Below are positions 41,535 through 52,530 of a stretch of DNA of 64,000 nt, one piece after another; position 1 is the first letter of the stretch; every line of letters starts with the position of its first letter. Origin of the DNA: Mobula birostris (taxonomy: Eukaryota); NCBI RefSeq assembly GCF_030028105.1, contig NC_092375.1, positions 32,339,130-32,403,129 on the forward strand, read 5' to 3'. The position numbers were made by a program, and so were the translations under genes. A model generated the notes under the pieces. It ran no database searches. It was not told the origin of the DNA and was given only the letters and a program-made list of their open reading frames with translations.

Positions 41535-42420
41535 GAACCAGATTCAGGTTTAATATCACTGGCATATGTCAAGAAATTTGTCTTGTGATGGCAAATAATA
41601 ATAATAAAACTATAAATTACAATAAGTGTATGTTAAAAAATTAAATTAGTAGCGCAAAATGAGAAAAAAAAAGAGGGGTTCATTGTCCATTCAGAAATCT
41701 GATAGTAGAGGGGAAGAAGCTGTCCTTAAAAATTGGGTGTTTGTCTTCAGGCTCCTGTACCTCCTATTTGATGTTAGCAATGGGAAAGCGGCATGTCCTA
41801 TATGACGGGGATCATTAATGATGGGTGCCACCTTTTGAAGGTGTCCTTGATAACGTGCAGAGGCCAGTGTCCATGAAGGAGCAGCCTGTGTTTACAACTT
41901 TCTGCAGTTTTTTTAAAAAATGATCCTGTGCAGTGACCTTTCCATAATCAGACAGTGATGCAACCAGTTAAAATGCTCACCGGAGTACACCTGTAGAAAT
42001 TCACGAAAGACTTTGGTGACAGACTAGGTCTCCCCAAACTTCTAATGAAATATAGCCAGTGTCATGCTTTCTTTGTAATTACATCAAAATGTTGGATCCA
42101 GGATAGATCTTCAAACTTGAAACTGCTCACCATTTCCACTGCTGATCCCTCCATCAGAGGGAGATACAGAAGCTCAGTTTTTGGGGCTTCTTGATTAGAA
42201 TTGAGGGTATAATGCTTTGAACACTGAGGTATAGCCAATAACCAGCAGCCTGATGGAGATGTTGCTATTGTCCAGGTGATCCAAGGACAAGTGGAGAGCC
42301 AGTGAAATGGGATTCACTGCAGACCGGTTATGATAGACAAGTTGCAGTGGGTCCAGGTCCTTGCTAAGGCAGGAGTTGATTCTGGCCATGACCAACCTCT
42401 CAAAGCACTTCATCACAGTA
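41535..42420 (-). mobile_element. Rex1/Babar-type LINE fragments
   Basis: MMKCFERLVMARINSCLSKDLDPLQL, and a 3' end similar to 37410-37830. Confidence 0.75.
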
Positions 42421-42686
42421 GCATTACAGATTTAACCAAAATCAAAACAGTGCCTATAAGATGGCCTACATAAGTATTATTAAATATTTAATTAAACAGG
42501 CAGAAAATGAAAATATTTCATAAGTGAATATAAAAATAAAACAAGGATTACCAGCATTTGTAAGCTTATGTATATAGGAACTGATGGTGTCCACCCAATT
42601 AAGTATAAACGAGTATCCCTAGAAATATAAAGGCAGGAAATTTGAAGGGAAGCAATTACAGTCCACCTTGGTTGGCGAATACTAAC

Positions 42687-42848
42687 CTTGAAAACCTGAA
42701 GATGATTACGTGCTTTACGATAGCAGTATGCATCTCTGTTGGAACCCAAGCGCCATCGTGGTATAGAACGAAAAACATTGCTTTTGATTATCTCCAGCTG
42801 TTTCTGAGCACATTTCAAGATGAATGATGGAAGAACCAATTTCACGTC
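42687..42848 (-). CDS. Cut8/Sts1-like gene coding exon 5 (DVKLVLPSFILKCAQKQLEIIKSNVFRSIPRWRLGSNRDAYCYRKARNHLQVFK)
   Basis: Acceptor cctgaaacAG, donor AAG|GTTAGT, 162 nt, phase 0-0. Lies within ORF 42492..42902. Confidence 0.88.
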
Positions 42849-42991
42849 CTGTTTCAGGAGGAAATAATTGGGTGTCATATAATTCTGAATCCAACAGCTC
42901 ATGTTACAGTTCTTACTCCAGTTAAAAAATAAAAAAATTTATAAAAATGTTGCTGTGTTTTAAGTTAATGCCACACAGCATGAGTACATAC

Positions 42992-43119
42992 CTCATCATC
43001 AATTGCTGGATATTGGCGCAACAGAGTCTGCACTAGCTGAGATGATAGCAAATCTTTTAGTTTGACTTGTAAATTTCCACCTGGCTTAAAATGTAGTCGC
43101 TGTTTCTTGAAAGGTGATT
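42992..43119 (-). CDS. Cut8/Sts1-like gene coding exon 4 (E-SPFKKQRLHFKPGGNLQVKLKDLLSSQLVQTLLRQYPAIDDE)
   Basis: Acceptor cacttttcAG, donor GAG|GTATGT, 128 nt, phase 1-0. It is absent from the ORF track and was read manually. Confidence 0.85.
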
Positions 43120-43298
43120 CTGAAAAGTGAAGATTTAAAATTTTGTTATCTCTTTCATGGAAATATTTCTGTTGAGTGATACATTTCAGAATGTGTCTTG
43201 GGTGTGCATATTTGTTTTTTCTGTAAATGATGCGCTAGAAGAAATTACCATAAAATAGGTACCATTCACTCAAAATAAATGGCATCAGGTACACACAC

Positions 43299-43415
43299 CT
43301 TTCTCACTGCTATTTTCCGAAGGATTTTTATCACTGATGAAAGTTAATGAACACATTCTTCTTCTAGCTCCAAACTTTCTTTTCGTGAGCGACGAGACTT
43401 CAGAAATATCTTGTG
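43299..43415 (-). CDS. Cut8/Sts1-like gene coding exon 3 (A-QDISEVSSLTKRKFGARRRMCSLTFISDKNPSENSSEK)
   Basis: Acceptor tttgttttccAG, donor AAG|GTGTGT, 117 nt, phase 1-1. Contains the basic cluster KRKFGARRR. Confidence 0.8.
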
Positions 43416-43689
43416 CTGGAAAACAAAAACAAACAAAATCAAAAGATGGATAATTGCCAATAGCTGAAACCAGCATATTAATCTGCATATGCCTGTTGTA
43501 ATACGTTCAGTTGCTTTATTACAAGATCCAGACAAAACAATAAAGATCAGAAAGGCTAACAAAAGGCATTATATTATATGCTTATACATTTCCAATCAGT
43601 ATCAAGAGAATTTTTGTGGTAATTCATTTTATGTTTTTGTTAGATGTCACTATACATTGTCCAAATAGCCGTTTACATTAATCCTCCAC

Positions 43690-43940
43690 TGAATGTATTT
43701 GATTCACCCCACATTCTCCATCAACATTCTACTCACTCATTGACAAAGTACGGGCAATTCACCACAGACCATTAATCTACCCATCTGCATATCTTTGATA
43801 TGTAGGTGGAAATAAAAACACTCAGAAGAAACCCACAAAGTCATTCAGAGAACATGGGAGACTACAAAGACAGCATGAGACCAGGATTGAATCCAAGCCG
43901 TTGGAGCTGTAAGACAACAGCTCCGCTAGCTGCACCACAC
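43690..43940 (-). mobile_element. Degenerate V-SINE
   Basis: 'tctttgatatgtaggtggaaa..gaagaaacccac..ccaggattgaatcc' pattern, as at 28903. Confidence 0.55.
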
Positions 43941-44579
43941 GCGTAAATCTATCAACTTGCAAACAATACACATTTGCAGTTTCATAAGGATCATCCATAA
44001 ATGATTAACAACAAATTTAATTAACAGATGGACATTGAACACTTGGCCCAAATATTTCCTACCATAATTTTGCAAAAACTTGGGGAACAACTAATGTCAT
44101 TTTCAAAATCTCAGTGGTTTCTATAACATTGGGACCACTTACAGTGTAGTAACATACATAATGCAAATACCTCAGAGATTTGAAGGCAAGGAATTTTTTT
44201 TAGAGCCATTATATCAAATAAGTGCAATTGGATCCTAAAAAACTGTCACCCTTGCCTTCTCTTTTAATTGCTCTAGCTAGATTAAGCACAAATTATGATG
44301 AAGCAATATAGATTAATTTCTGCCTGTTGAATTTCCCATCTCAGAGGAAGATAGAGCAACAGATTGCCTCTGTATTTCTGATAATAGGTAGTGTTTTTAT
44401 TGCAAGTAACTTAACTAAAATGATTGCACAAGGACCAGTTTACACAGCCTCCTCAATAACGCCTGAGGCCTTGTCCTAATGGGAGAACTGCCCCATAAAC
44501 TAGTAAAGAGTAGGTGAAAATTTGCAATTTATTTATTTATTTATTTTTACACATTGTTGTAAAATACAAAGGCTAGAAA

Positions 44580-45300
44580 CCTCACAACCTCAGGGATGTG
44601 CACTTAGCCCCCTGCTCTACTCAATTTACACCTATGACTGTGTGGCTAAGTACAGCCGCAACACCACATACAAGTTTGCTGATGACACCACTGTTGTGGG
44701 CTGTAACAAAGATGGTGATGAATCAGCATACAGGAGGGAGATTACCCGGAGATTCGGCATGTCATCAAAAACCTTAGTGAACTTAGATGTGCGGTGGAAA
44801 GTGTGTTGACTGGTTGCATTAAGGCCTGGTATGCGAACACCAATGCCTTTGAGGACAAAGTCCTACAAAAGGTAGAAGATTCGGCCCAGTACATCACGGG
44901 TAAAACCCTCCCAACCATTGAGCACATCTACATGAAACGTTGCCATAGAAAAGCAACATCCATCATCAAAGATCCTCACCAACAAGGAATGCTCTTTTCT
45001 CGCTGCTGCCATCAGGCAGAAGGTACAGGTGCCTCAGAACTTGCACCACCAGGTTCAAGAACGTTTATTACTCCTCAACCGTCAGGCTCTTGAACAAAAG
45101 GTGACAACTACACTTATTTAAGGACTCTTACCGTATTATTTCATGCTCTTTATTTATATATTCAATTGTACCGTTTGTTGTCCATTGATCCTGTCTACAG
45201 TTACTGTTCTATAGATTTGCTAAGCATGCCCGCAGAAAAAAATCTCAGGGTTGTACGTGGTGACATGTACGTACTGATAATAAATTTTACTTCGATCTTT
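44580..45300 (+). mobile_element. Rex1/Babar-type LINE fragment
   Basis: PQGCALSPLLYSIYTYDC..KFADDTTVVG, ESVLTGCIKAWY, and a 3' end 'tgataataaattttact'. Confidence 0.8.
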
Positions 45301-46159
45301 GAAGCAGTAATTTAACTCCACGATCTTGTGAATGGCGGAGCAGAATTACACTAAGTGAAAGTGGTTGATACATGAACACCTTCAGCTTATTAAGAGCAGA
45401 ACCCGTCACCTTACTGAGAAAGCTTACACAATAATACAAAACACAAAGCAACTGACCCATTTCCAGGAGTTCCCCAGCACTACAGAAGCAAGTTTTCAGA
45501 CAGTTCAGTTCATTCTATATGATGAAACAGCCAAGCACTAGCCAAAAAAACACACACACACCCAAGATAACCAACCAAGACTACTGTTGACCTATTACCC
45601 TGATGACATACTCGCTGCAGCATTGAACACCAGTGCTTTAGAACCATCCACACAACAACTGGGGAACTGTGTACAGTAAAGATCTTATTTAAGGAAGCAT
45701 ATTAAAGCGTTAGAAGATCAGATAAGGGTTACTATGCCAAGACATGAAATGTGCATGTTGTCTTGCGGAGAAGGGGCAGACAAGCAGGACTCCGATCTGC
45801 TGGTGTGTTAGAAGTATGAAAAGAATCTTGAATGAAACCCAAGAAACCTTGACTTCCTTGTAAGGAAAAGTTGGATCATTTCTTGATAGCTGGGGACATA
45901 CCAGCTTACTGCAGGTAGGTAAAAACACACGATCAAGATTATGAGATCACCCATGGCCTTATAAATGGCAAACTGTGACCAAGTGACCTACTCAAACTAT
46001 TAATATGTTTGTACATTGACCTTCTGAGTAAAATCTGTATCTCATGAAACCGCGCCCCCCAAACAAAAAAGAAATAGTGCATTGCCTTTCATTTAGATGA
46101 ATGGGATGACAACTATTGCACTAATGATCACACACACAGAAACCTGATACATATTCAAC

Positions 46160-47425
46160 TACTGTCGAGCCTTACGAGACTGATTGAATTTTTTGAGGAT
46201 GTGACTAAACACATTGATGAAGGTAGAGCAGCAGGTGTAGTGTATATGAATTTCAGCAAGGCATTTGACAAAGTACCCCATGCAAGGCTTATTAAGAAAG
46301 TAAGGATGCATGGGATCCAAGGAGACATTGTTTTGTGGATCCAGAACTGGCTTGCCCACAGAAGGCAAAGAGTGGTTGAAGACTGGTTATATTCCGCATG
46401 GAGGTCAGTGACCAGTGGTGTGCCTCAGGGATCTGTTCGGGGACCCTTACTCTTTGTGTTTTTTATAAATGACCTGGATGAGGAAGTGGAGGGATGGGTT
46501 AGTAAATTTGCTGATGACACTAAGGTTGGAGGTGTTGTGAGTAGTGTGGAGGGCTGTCAGAGGTTACAGCAGGACATTGATAGAATACAAAACTGGGCTG
46601 AGAAGTGGCAGATGGAGTGCAACCCAGGTAAGTGTGAGGCAGTTCACTTTGGTAGGTGAAATATGGTGGCAGAATATAGTATTAATGGTAAGACTCTTGG
46701 CAGTGTGGAGGATCAGAGGGATCTTGGGGTCCGAGTCCATAAGACACTCAAAGCTGCTGCGCAGGTTGACTCTGTGCTTAAGGAAGCATAGGGTGCATTG
46801 GCCTTCATCAATCGTGGGACTGAGTTGAGGAGCCAAAAGGTAATGTTGCAGCCATATAGGACCTTGGTCAGACCCCACTTGGAGTACTGTGCTTAGTTCT
46901 GGTCGCCTCGCTATAGGAAGGAGGTAGAAACTATAGAAAGTGTGCAGAGGAGATTTACAAGGATGTTGCCTGGATTGGGGAGCATGCCTTATGAGAATAG
47001 GATGAGTGAACTCAGCCTTTTTTCCTTGGAGCGACAGAGGATGAGAGGTGATCTGATAGAGGTGTACAAGATAATGAAAGGCATTGATTGTGCGGATAGT
47101 CAAAGACTTTTTCTCAGGGCTGAAATGGCTAGCACGAGGGGCACAATTTTAAGGTGCTTGGAAGTAGGTATAGAGGAGATGTCAGGGGTAAGTTTTTTTT
47201 TTAATGCAGAGAGTGGTGAGTGCGTGGAATGGGCTACTGGCAATGGTGGTGGAGGCAGATACGATATGGTCTTTTAAGAGACTCCTGGACAGGTACATGG
47301 AGCTCAGAAAAATAGAGGGCTATGGGTAACCCTAGGTAATTTCTCAGGTAAGGACATGTTTGGCACAGCTTTGTGGGCCAAAGGGCCTGTATTGTTCTGT
47401 AGGTTTCTATGTCCTATGTTTCTAA
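46160..47425 (+). mobile_element. CR1 LINE 3' portion (same subfamily as 3960 and 20416), ending ~30 bp from the exon 2 donor of the Cut8-like gene
   Basis: FSKAFDKVPH, GVPQGSV and KFADDTKV motifs; tail ttctatgtcctatgtttcta. Confidence 0.93.
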
Positions 47426-47452
47426 CATTGAGATCTTGAACCAGACAATCAC

Positions 47453-47572
47453 CTGTTGGGTCATTCTCTCTTCTCAGAAAAGACGTTGGAGGAAGATTGG
47501 CATGAAGTGCTGTTAACCCCATTTGTGATCTTGTAGAGTTCAAAATTTCTTCGTAAGACCTGCGAAGATGGA
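47453..47572 (-). CDS. Cut8/Sts1-like gene coding exon 2 (V-HLRRSYEEILNSTRSQMGLTALHANLPPTSFLRRENDPT)
   Basis: Acceptor tttttccctctcAG, donor CAG|GTGATT, 120 nt, phase 1-1, open in frame with exon 1. Confidence 0.75.
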
Positions 47573-49621
47573 CTGAGAGGGAAAAACAATTAAAAACATA
47601 ATTAATGTTGTGACTTGTTTATTATTTTCCTCCTATCATTTCAAAAAGCAACAAGTGCTCGAGGCAGCTAACCAAACCTCCAGGCACTCCTGATCTGCTG
47701 AAAGCGTTTGGTCTTGAATGATATAGAAAAACACCCATTTAAAATACATAGATGTAAACTCTTCTTCTTTCCACCGTAGAAGAATAAGTGCGTGCACATC
47801 GCTAGTTATAGAACCATAGAGTCAGACAGCATAGAAACAGGCCCCTCTGACTAACTTGTTCACACTGTGTTGCCCAGTGAGCTAATCACATTTGCTCAAG
47901 GTTGGCCTTAGCCCTCAAAACCTCTCCTACCAACTCTAATTAGCAACATTTAAAAACCAGTCAGATAATGTGCTTGCCTCAACCACTATTTCTGGCTGCA
48001 AAGGGAGGGTTGGGCATGTGGCCGGCAACCACGTCCCACAAAAACCTAGAACCCCAGAAACGCCAACAGCAGCTCCAATGACCTCATCCCTGAGAAAAGA
48101 ATGATGTGCCAAGAAGGGCTACATTTGGAGACAACTTGAAAGACTGGCCCTAGATAGAGGACTCAGTTGAGACACTGTTGGCAGCCTATGCCCCAGTAGG
48201 GGTGATGGGCTTAAGAATTCCAAATGTGAACCAACCTTTGCATTAAGCAGCTTCCCCTGATGTTGCTGCCTTAAACCCATTCCTTCTTGTTTTTAGCACA
48301 CCACCTCTCTGGAAAAATAGGAGCTTTCTTTCACCCTGTCTAAGTCTCTTGTGAGCTTATACACCTTCATTAGGACATCTCTCAGTCCAGGGAATAAAGT
48401 CCTAATTGACGAAACAGGGATGAAAATAAAAGTGTACAAAATGTAAAAGACCTCATCAAGAGATTATCAACTCTGGGGGAGAAGAAGTCAAAACTGAAAA
48501 ATATCTTTCCGTACTAGTGTCAAATTTTATTGGAACAGATAGATGTAGATGGAGAAACTGGAATTTTTTTCTTCTTCTTACCGATTCGTTAAGAATTAAA
48601 TCATTAAACAAAGGCAGAATATTTCAGATGGTGAAGAAATTGAATGCCAAGCTGCAGCAGGGAAGTTACACCGGCGGGAAGATAGAAGTAAGCAGCATTA
48701 CGCCACAAAGATACGATGAACCCCCCTCCCCCATTGAATTTTGCTTATTGCTGGAAGTACAGTTAATAAACCCTTAGTAGGTTGTGCATCGAAATATAGG
48801 GTGCCAAAGTCAAAAATGCACTATTAATTTATTTTTTTTAAAAAAAGGAAAATAATGTAAAGGAAAACGAGAAGTGGCCAACAGAGGTCTCTCGGTCTGT
48901 TCAAATGGCCAGGCTTTAAAAGTTTAGGGAACCCAACCACGTAGCATTCGAGCTTAATGTAGAAATGATACAGTGCATCTCCTTTTAACCCTTATCTTAC
49001 ATCTTCTTTGCATCTATAATCGGTCAATCACTATTAACAAGGATCACCATTACCAATGTTTGTGTCTGTACACTTTAAAAGCGTTATCGTTAACCCTTAT
49101 AATAATGTATATTTAAGTTACAATAGCATCCAAAACGCAATAATTGTAAGATCAATATTGTATTTAAATAAGCACACCCATTAATTGTTGGTTCACGTTT
49201 GGCGCGTCCCGCGATTTCCATTGCTATGATCAACATAATCAAATTATTTTAGCTAACAAATTAACTCTATATATTTATATTATATATCTAGACCACATCT
49301 ATAATATGCTAATTTAAAATGTTAAGCATCATATTTTTGGCAAATGTGCAGGATGGAAATTGCTTTCTTGTCTACCCGCCAATATTGCAAAGAAACTGCT
49401 ATTTTAAAAAAATGTAATTGATTTTTTTGAGAGAAACGCTATTAAACTAATTGATTGACAATTTAATTGAACCGGTGTAATATTGAAAATCTATTACCAT
49501 ACTTTCAACAATACCGTATTTTAAACTAGTGAATGAGTTCTCCCCTTCCCTCCCCCATCGCCTCGTCTCAGTTGAGCGCCTTATTTTTTTCCGCGTCTAT
49601 TTAAACATGGTTTATACTCAC

Positions 49622-49685
49622 CAGCAATCTTAGGCTGAGGGTTTGGAATTTCCACCAGAACTTGCCTTAGGTTTTCGGGAGCCAT
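49622..49685 (-). CDS. Cut8/Sts1-like gene coding exon 1 (MAPENLRQVLVEIPNPQPKIA; D-box RQVLVEIPN)
   Basis: ATG at 49685-49683, strong donor CTG|GTGAGT, phase 1. An upstream acceptor (ttcgattttAG at 49697-49696) implies a non-coding first exon. Confidence 0.75.
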
Positions 49686-49929
49686 TAATATACTCCTAAA
49701 ATCGAAATAAGTGAGTGTTTAAGAGACCTTACTTACTGGGAATTAAAAAAGGAAAGATGCCTAATGAAAGCCTGGTCTTTTTCCTCACAGTTTTTCCTGA
49801 GTAATGCAAACTAAGTTGATGCAAATTTTCTCTTCATAAATTACAGTTTATAGAATTTATTCCTCTTTTCCCCCTCCCGCTCTACCCACTTCTTGCCTTC
49901 CACTACACTGAATGATGGACTTCTCACGA

Positions 49930-50070
49930 TTTACCAAACCTTTCCAATGTAACAAAGTGAAAATTGCCGCGCGGGCGGAGCTTCCTGAACTTCATCCAAT
50001 AAGATCATCGCACAAAGGTAGAGGAAACATTCACTGCACACTCATCAGTGGTTTTTGACCGGAACTGCAA
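49930..50070 (-). promoter_or_regulatory. Probable promoter / non-coding first exon of the Cut8-like gene
   Basis: CCAAT at 49944 and 49996, E2F-like TTGCCGCGC (49964-49972), GC box GGGCGG (49973-49978), ETS cores (CTTCC 49981, CCGGAA 50059), and candidate minus-strand donors after 49940 or 49935. Confidence 0.5.
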
Positions 50071-52219
50071 TCGTCTGCTTGCATGTATGTTTCACAAAGG
50101 AAAGGGATTTTATAATTATCTTCTGTTAAAGTTAATCGTTAATTTATCAATTACGCAAAAGGACTTGTGAAGTTTCAGAGTGCAAATGAAATTTAGGGAT
50201 GAAGAAAGCCGATCCTGCATCAGGTCGGAAAGTATCTGTGACGAGGCAGATAAAATCAACGTTTCAAGTGGATGAGCCATCCTTTCTAATTGCAATAGAG
50301 AGATGTTAAGAAATGAAGAGTTTATAAACAATTACAAAGATAGGGAAAGAACTGGAGAGCAGAGGTCAAAAACGAACCTATAAGGAAAGGAATGTTGGCA
50401 AGATAACTGAGGTGATAAGAGGCTATAGAAAATGAGAAGGAGGCCCAGACGAGTTGCAAATGGGGAGGGGGAGACGGAGTAAAGCAAAGGAAATCTGGCA
50501 AGCTGGAAGTAATTTAGTGGCCCAGATATAAGAAGGGTTTGGATGCAGACCTCGGGAAGCTGGAACACTCTGGCATCCACAGAGGAATTTCCTAACAAAT
50601 CACTCATACCTTCTGTCTCTATCTCTATCTATCTATTTCTATCTCAGTCTATAGCAAGCGCATTAATTGGTTAACCACACACTTTTAGGTTAGAAAACAC
50701 TGAGTCTTTTACTCTGTGCTTTAACAAGTTTCCCTTTTGTCTTAGTCCAACATGTCCTATGTCCTACATTTTCCTACTTCTGGAATTTTAACTAGAGGAA
50801 TCATCTCTTTAATATCTATCCTGTTAAACCCCCACAGAATCTTGAAATATTCTCAAATCAAATTGTTGTTTATTCTTCTAAACCTCTTCTCATAGGATAA
50901 TCCCTTAATCCAAAAGTCAATACAATCTATGCTCTTAATTATTCAAGTACTAATTCAAATATAGGTGACAAAATCTACACATTGTTTCCAGGAATGATAT
51001 AAAGTTTTCCATGATTCCCGGTTTCTTGAACTCTTAACTTCTTTGCAATGAGGAGCAATGTATTTTCTTTCCAAAAATGTTTGTTATCTACATGTTGACT
51101 TTCTACATTTCATAACTAGTATGCCAAGAACCCCTATAAAGGCATTATTATTAACTTCTGTGGAGCCAAGTATGGTCTGTGGAGAAAAAAAGAACTCGTG
51201 TTTCAAGAGTGAATTATTAACTCTGCTTCTGGGCCATGTTTAAGGGACAAAAAATTCTTTCTTGTTTGTAAATCCTTACATAATTACATCATATATAATT
51301 ATATATGGATCCACATGGGAATTCTGTACTTTGACCTGGGGTTTCCAGTTACTACTGATCATTAAGGATTCTTTGGGACTTAACTGTGAACTCCAGCAAA
51401 CCCATCTCAGGTCTGGACCTGCATTCCTGAAGCCTGTTGGAAATTAAATTTTCCATTCTTGACTTCTCAATGTCTATCACAGGACTGAAGTCAGTGTTCA
51501 ATATCCATTAAAAGCCTATCAACCCACAGTTTTCTTAATTGGACATTTTCCCCATTGTTTTGGGACTTCATGCAAGGACTCCATTCAGTTTTTCTAGTTT
51601 CCCCAGCTGCTCCTTAAGTATTCCAGTAAAAAAATCTACGCTGGTACATCCAAGGTATCTTAATTTTTTTCCTCAGCTTTGATTTCACCCCTACAACTGT
51701 TGATGAGTTTTTGATGTTTGTTCCATTTCGTGCACTTTTCTTTTCAACCCCTCCCCTACCATGCCGAACAAGGATTACATTCCCCCGGTTCTCACCTTTT
51801 ATCCCACTAGCCTTCCCCAGATGGTAGAACCCAAATACAGATTGGATGACTGCTTTGCAAATGGAGCTGAGGTAGATTTGTCAATATAGGACGAACATTG
51901 GTTCACTCAGAAACTCAAGCTTGGTGAAGATATGATAGCAAGAGTAAGAAATCACAGGAGGAGATAGCTTTAGGTTCCCTAACATTAGTCATACTGTAAG
52001 ACAGTATAATTCAAGAAATAATGAAAGTTTGCAAAGAAAATAGTTTATTTTTGCCAGAGTTTAATGCAACCACATGCAAAGATTCAGAACCATTCTTCTT
52101 TTCGCTGGGGATATTAATGTTGAAATGAAAAGTTTTGACTCGAAATCCCGACAAACCATTTCCCTCCATGGGAGTCTAAGTTCTTCCAGCTGTGTTCTTC
52201 CAGTTTTTTGTATGTTGCT

Positions 52220-52530
52220 ATCTACTTCCGGCGTCATCTGGTTACCCTGGAAATCAGTAGTTTCATATTTAGCGCAACAGTTTCAACCGGTGGTGCTATA
52301 GAAGTGAATGAGGGAGATTCTAAATAATTTACTGCAAATTCAGTAAAAGTCTTAAACACAGTGAGGCATTATTGCGGCTGTCAACCTTGCCGTTGACCTC
52401 TCTACGTCGATTTTATATTATTAGGTCTGGTCCGCATCGTGTGGAAAGTGCTTTCCATATCAGGAGTTGAAGCCACGCTGCCCACAGGCGGAGGGACGCA
52501 GCGTGACTGTATTTAGAGGCAAGGTAAGTG
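52220..52530 (+). promoter_or_regulatory. Promoter and probable non-coding first exon of an unidentified plus-strand transcript
   Basis: ACTTCCGG (52224), CGTCA (52232), X-box-like GTTACCCTGGAAAT (52241-52254), CpG enrichment over 52370-52830, and a consensus donor AAG|GTAAGT at 52523/52524. Confidence 0.5.

Larger units (their letters stand above)
38978..49685 (-). other. Gene span: Cut8/Sts1-like nuclear proteasome tether protein, 7 coding exons, 312 aa
   Basis: Exon lengths 64+120+117+128+162+227+121 = 939 nt form an open frame. All introns are GT-AG with compatible phases (1,1,1,0,0,2). The Cut8 similarity was recognised by eye from remembered family motifs. Confidence 0.8.

Noticed and set aside
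38978-49685. Identity as TAF1A or as a known human TBC1D23 neighbour (NIT2, TMEM30C, TOMM70)
   Set aside because: The reconstructed protein shows none of the motifs I remember for those proteins; Cut8/Sts1-like motifs fit better.
49696-49737. GTAAGT donor at ~49736 splicing to the 49696 acceptor
   Set aside because: The intron would be only ~40 nt, too short for a typical vertebrate intron.
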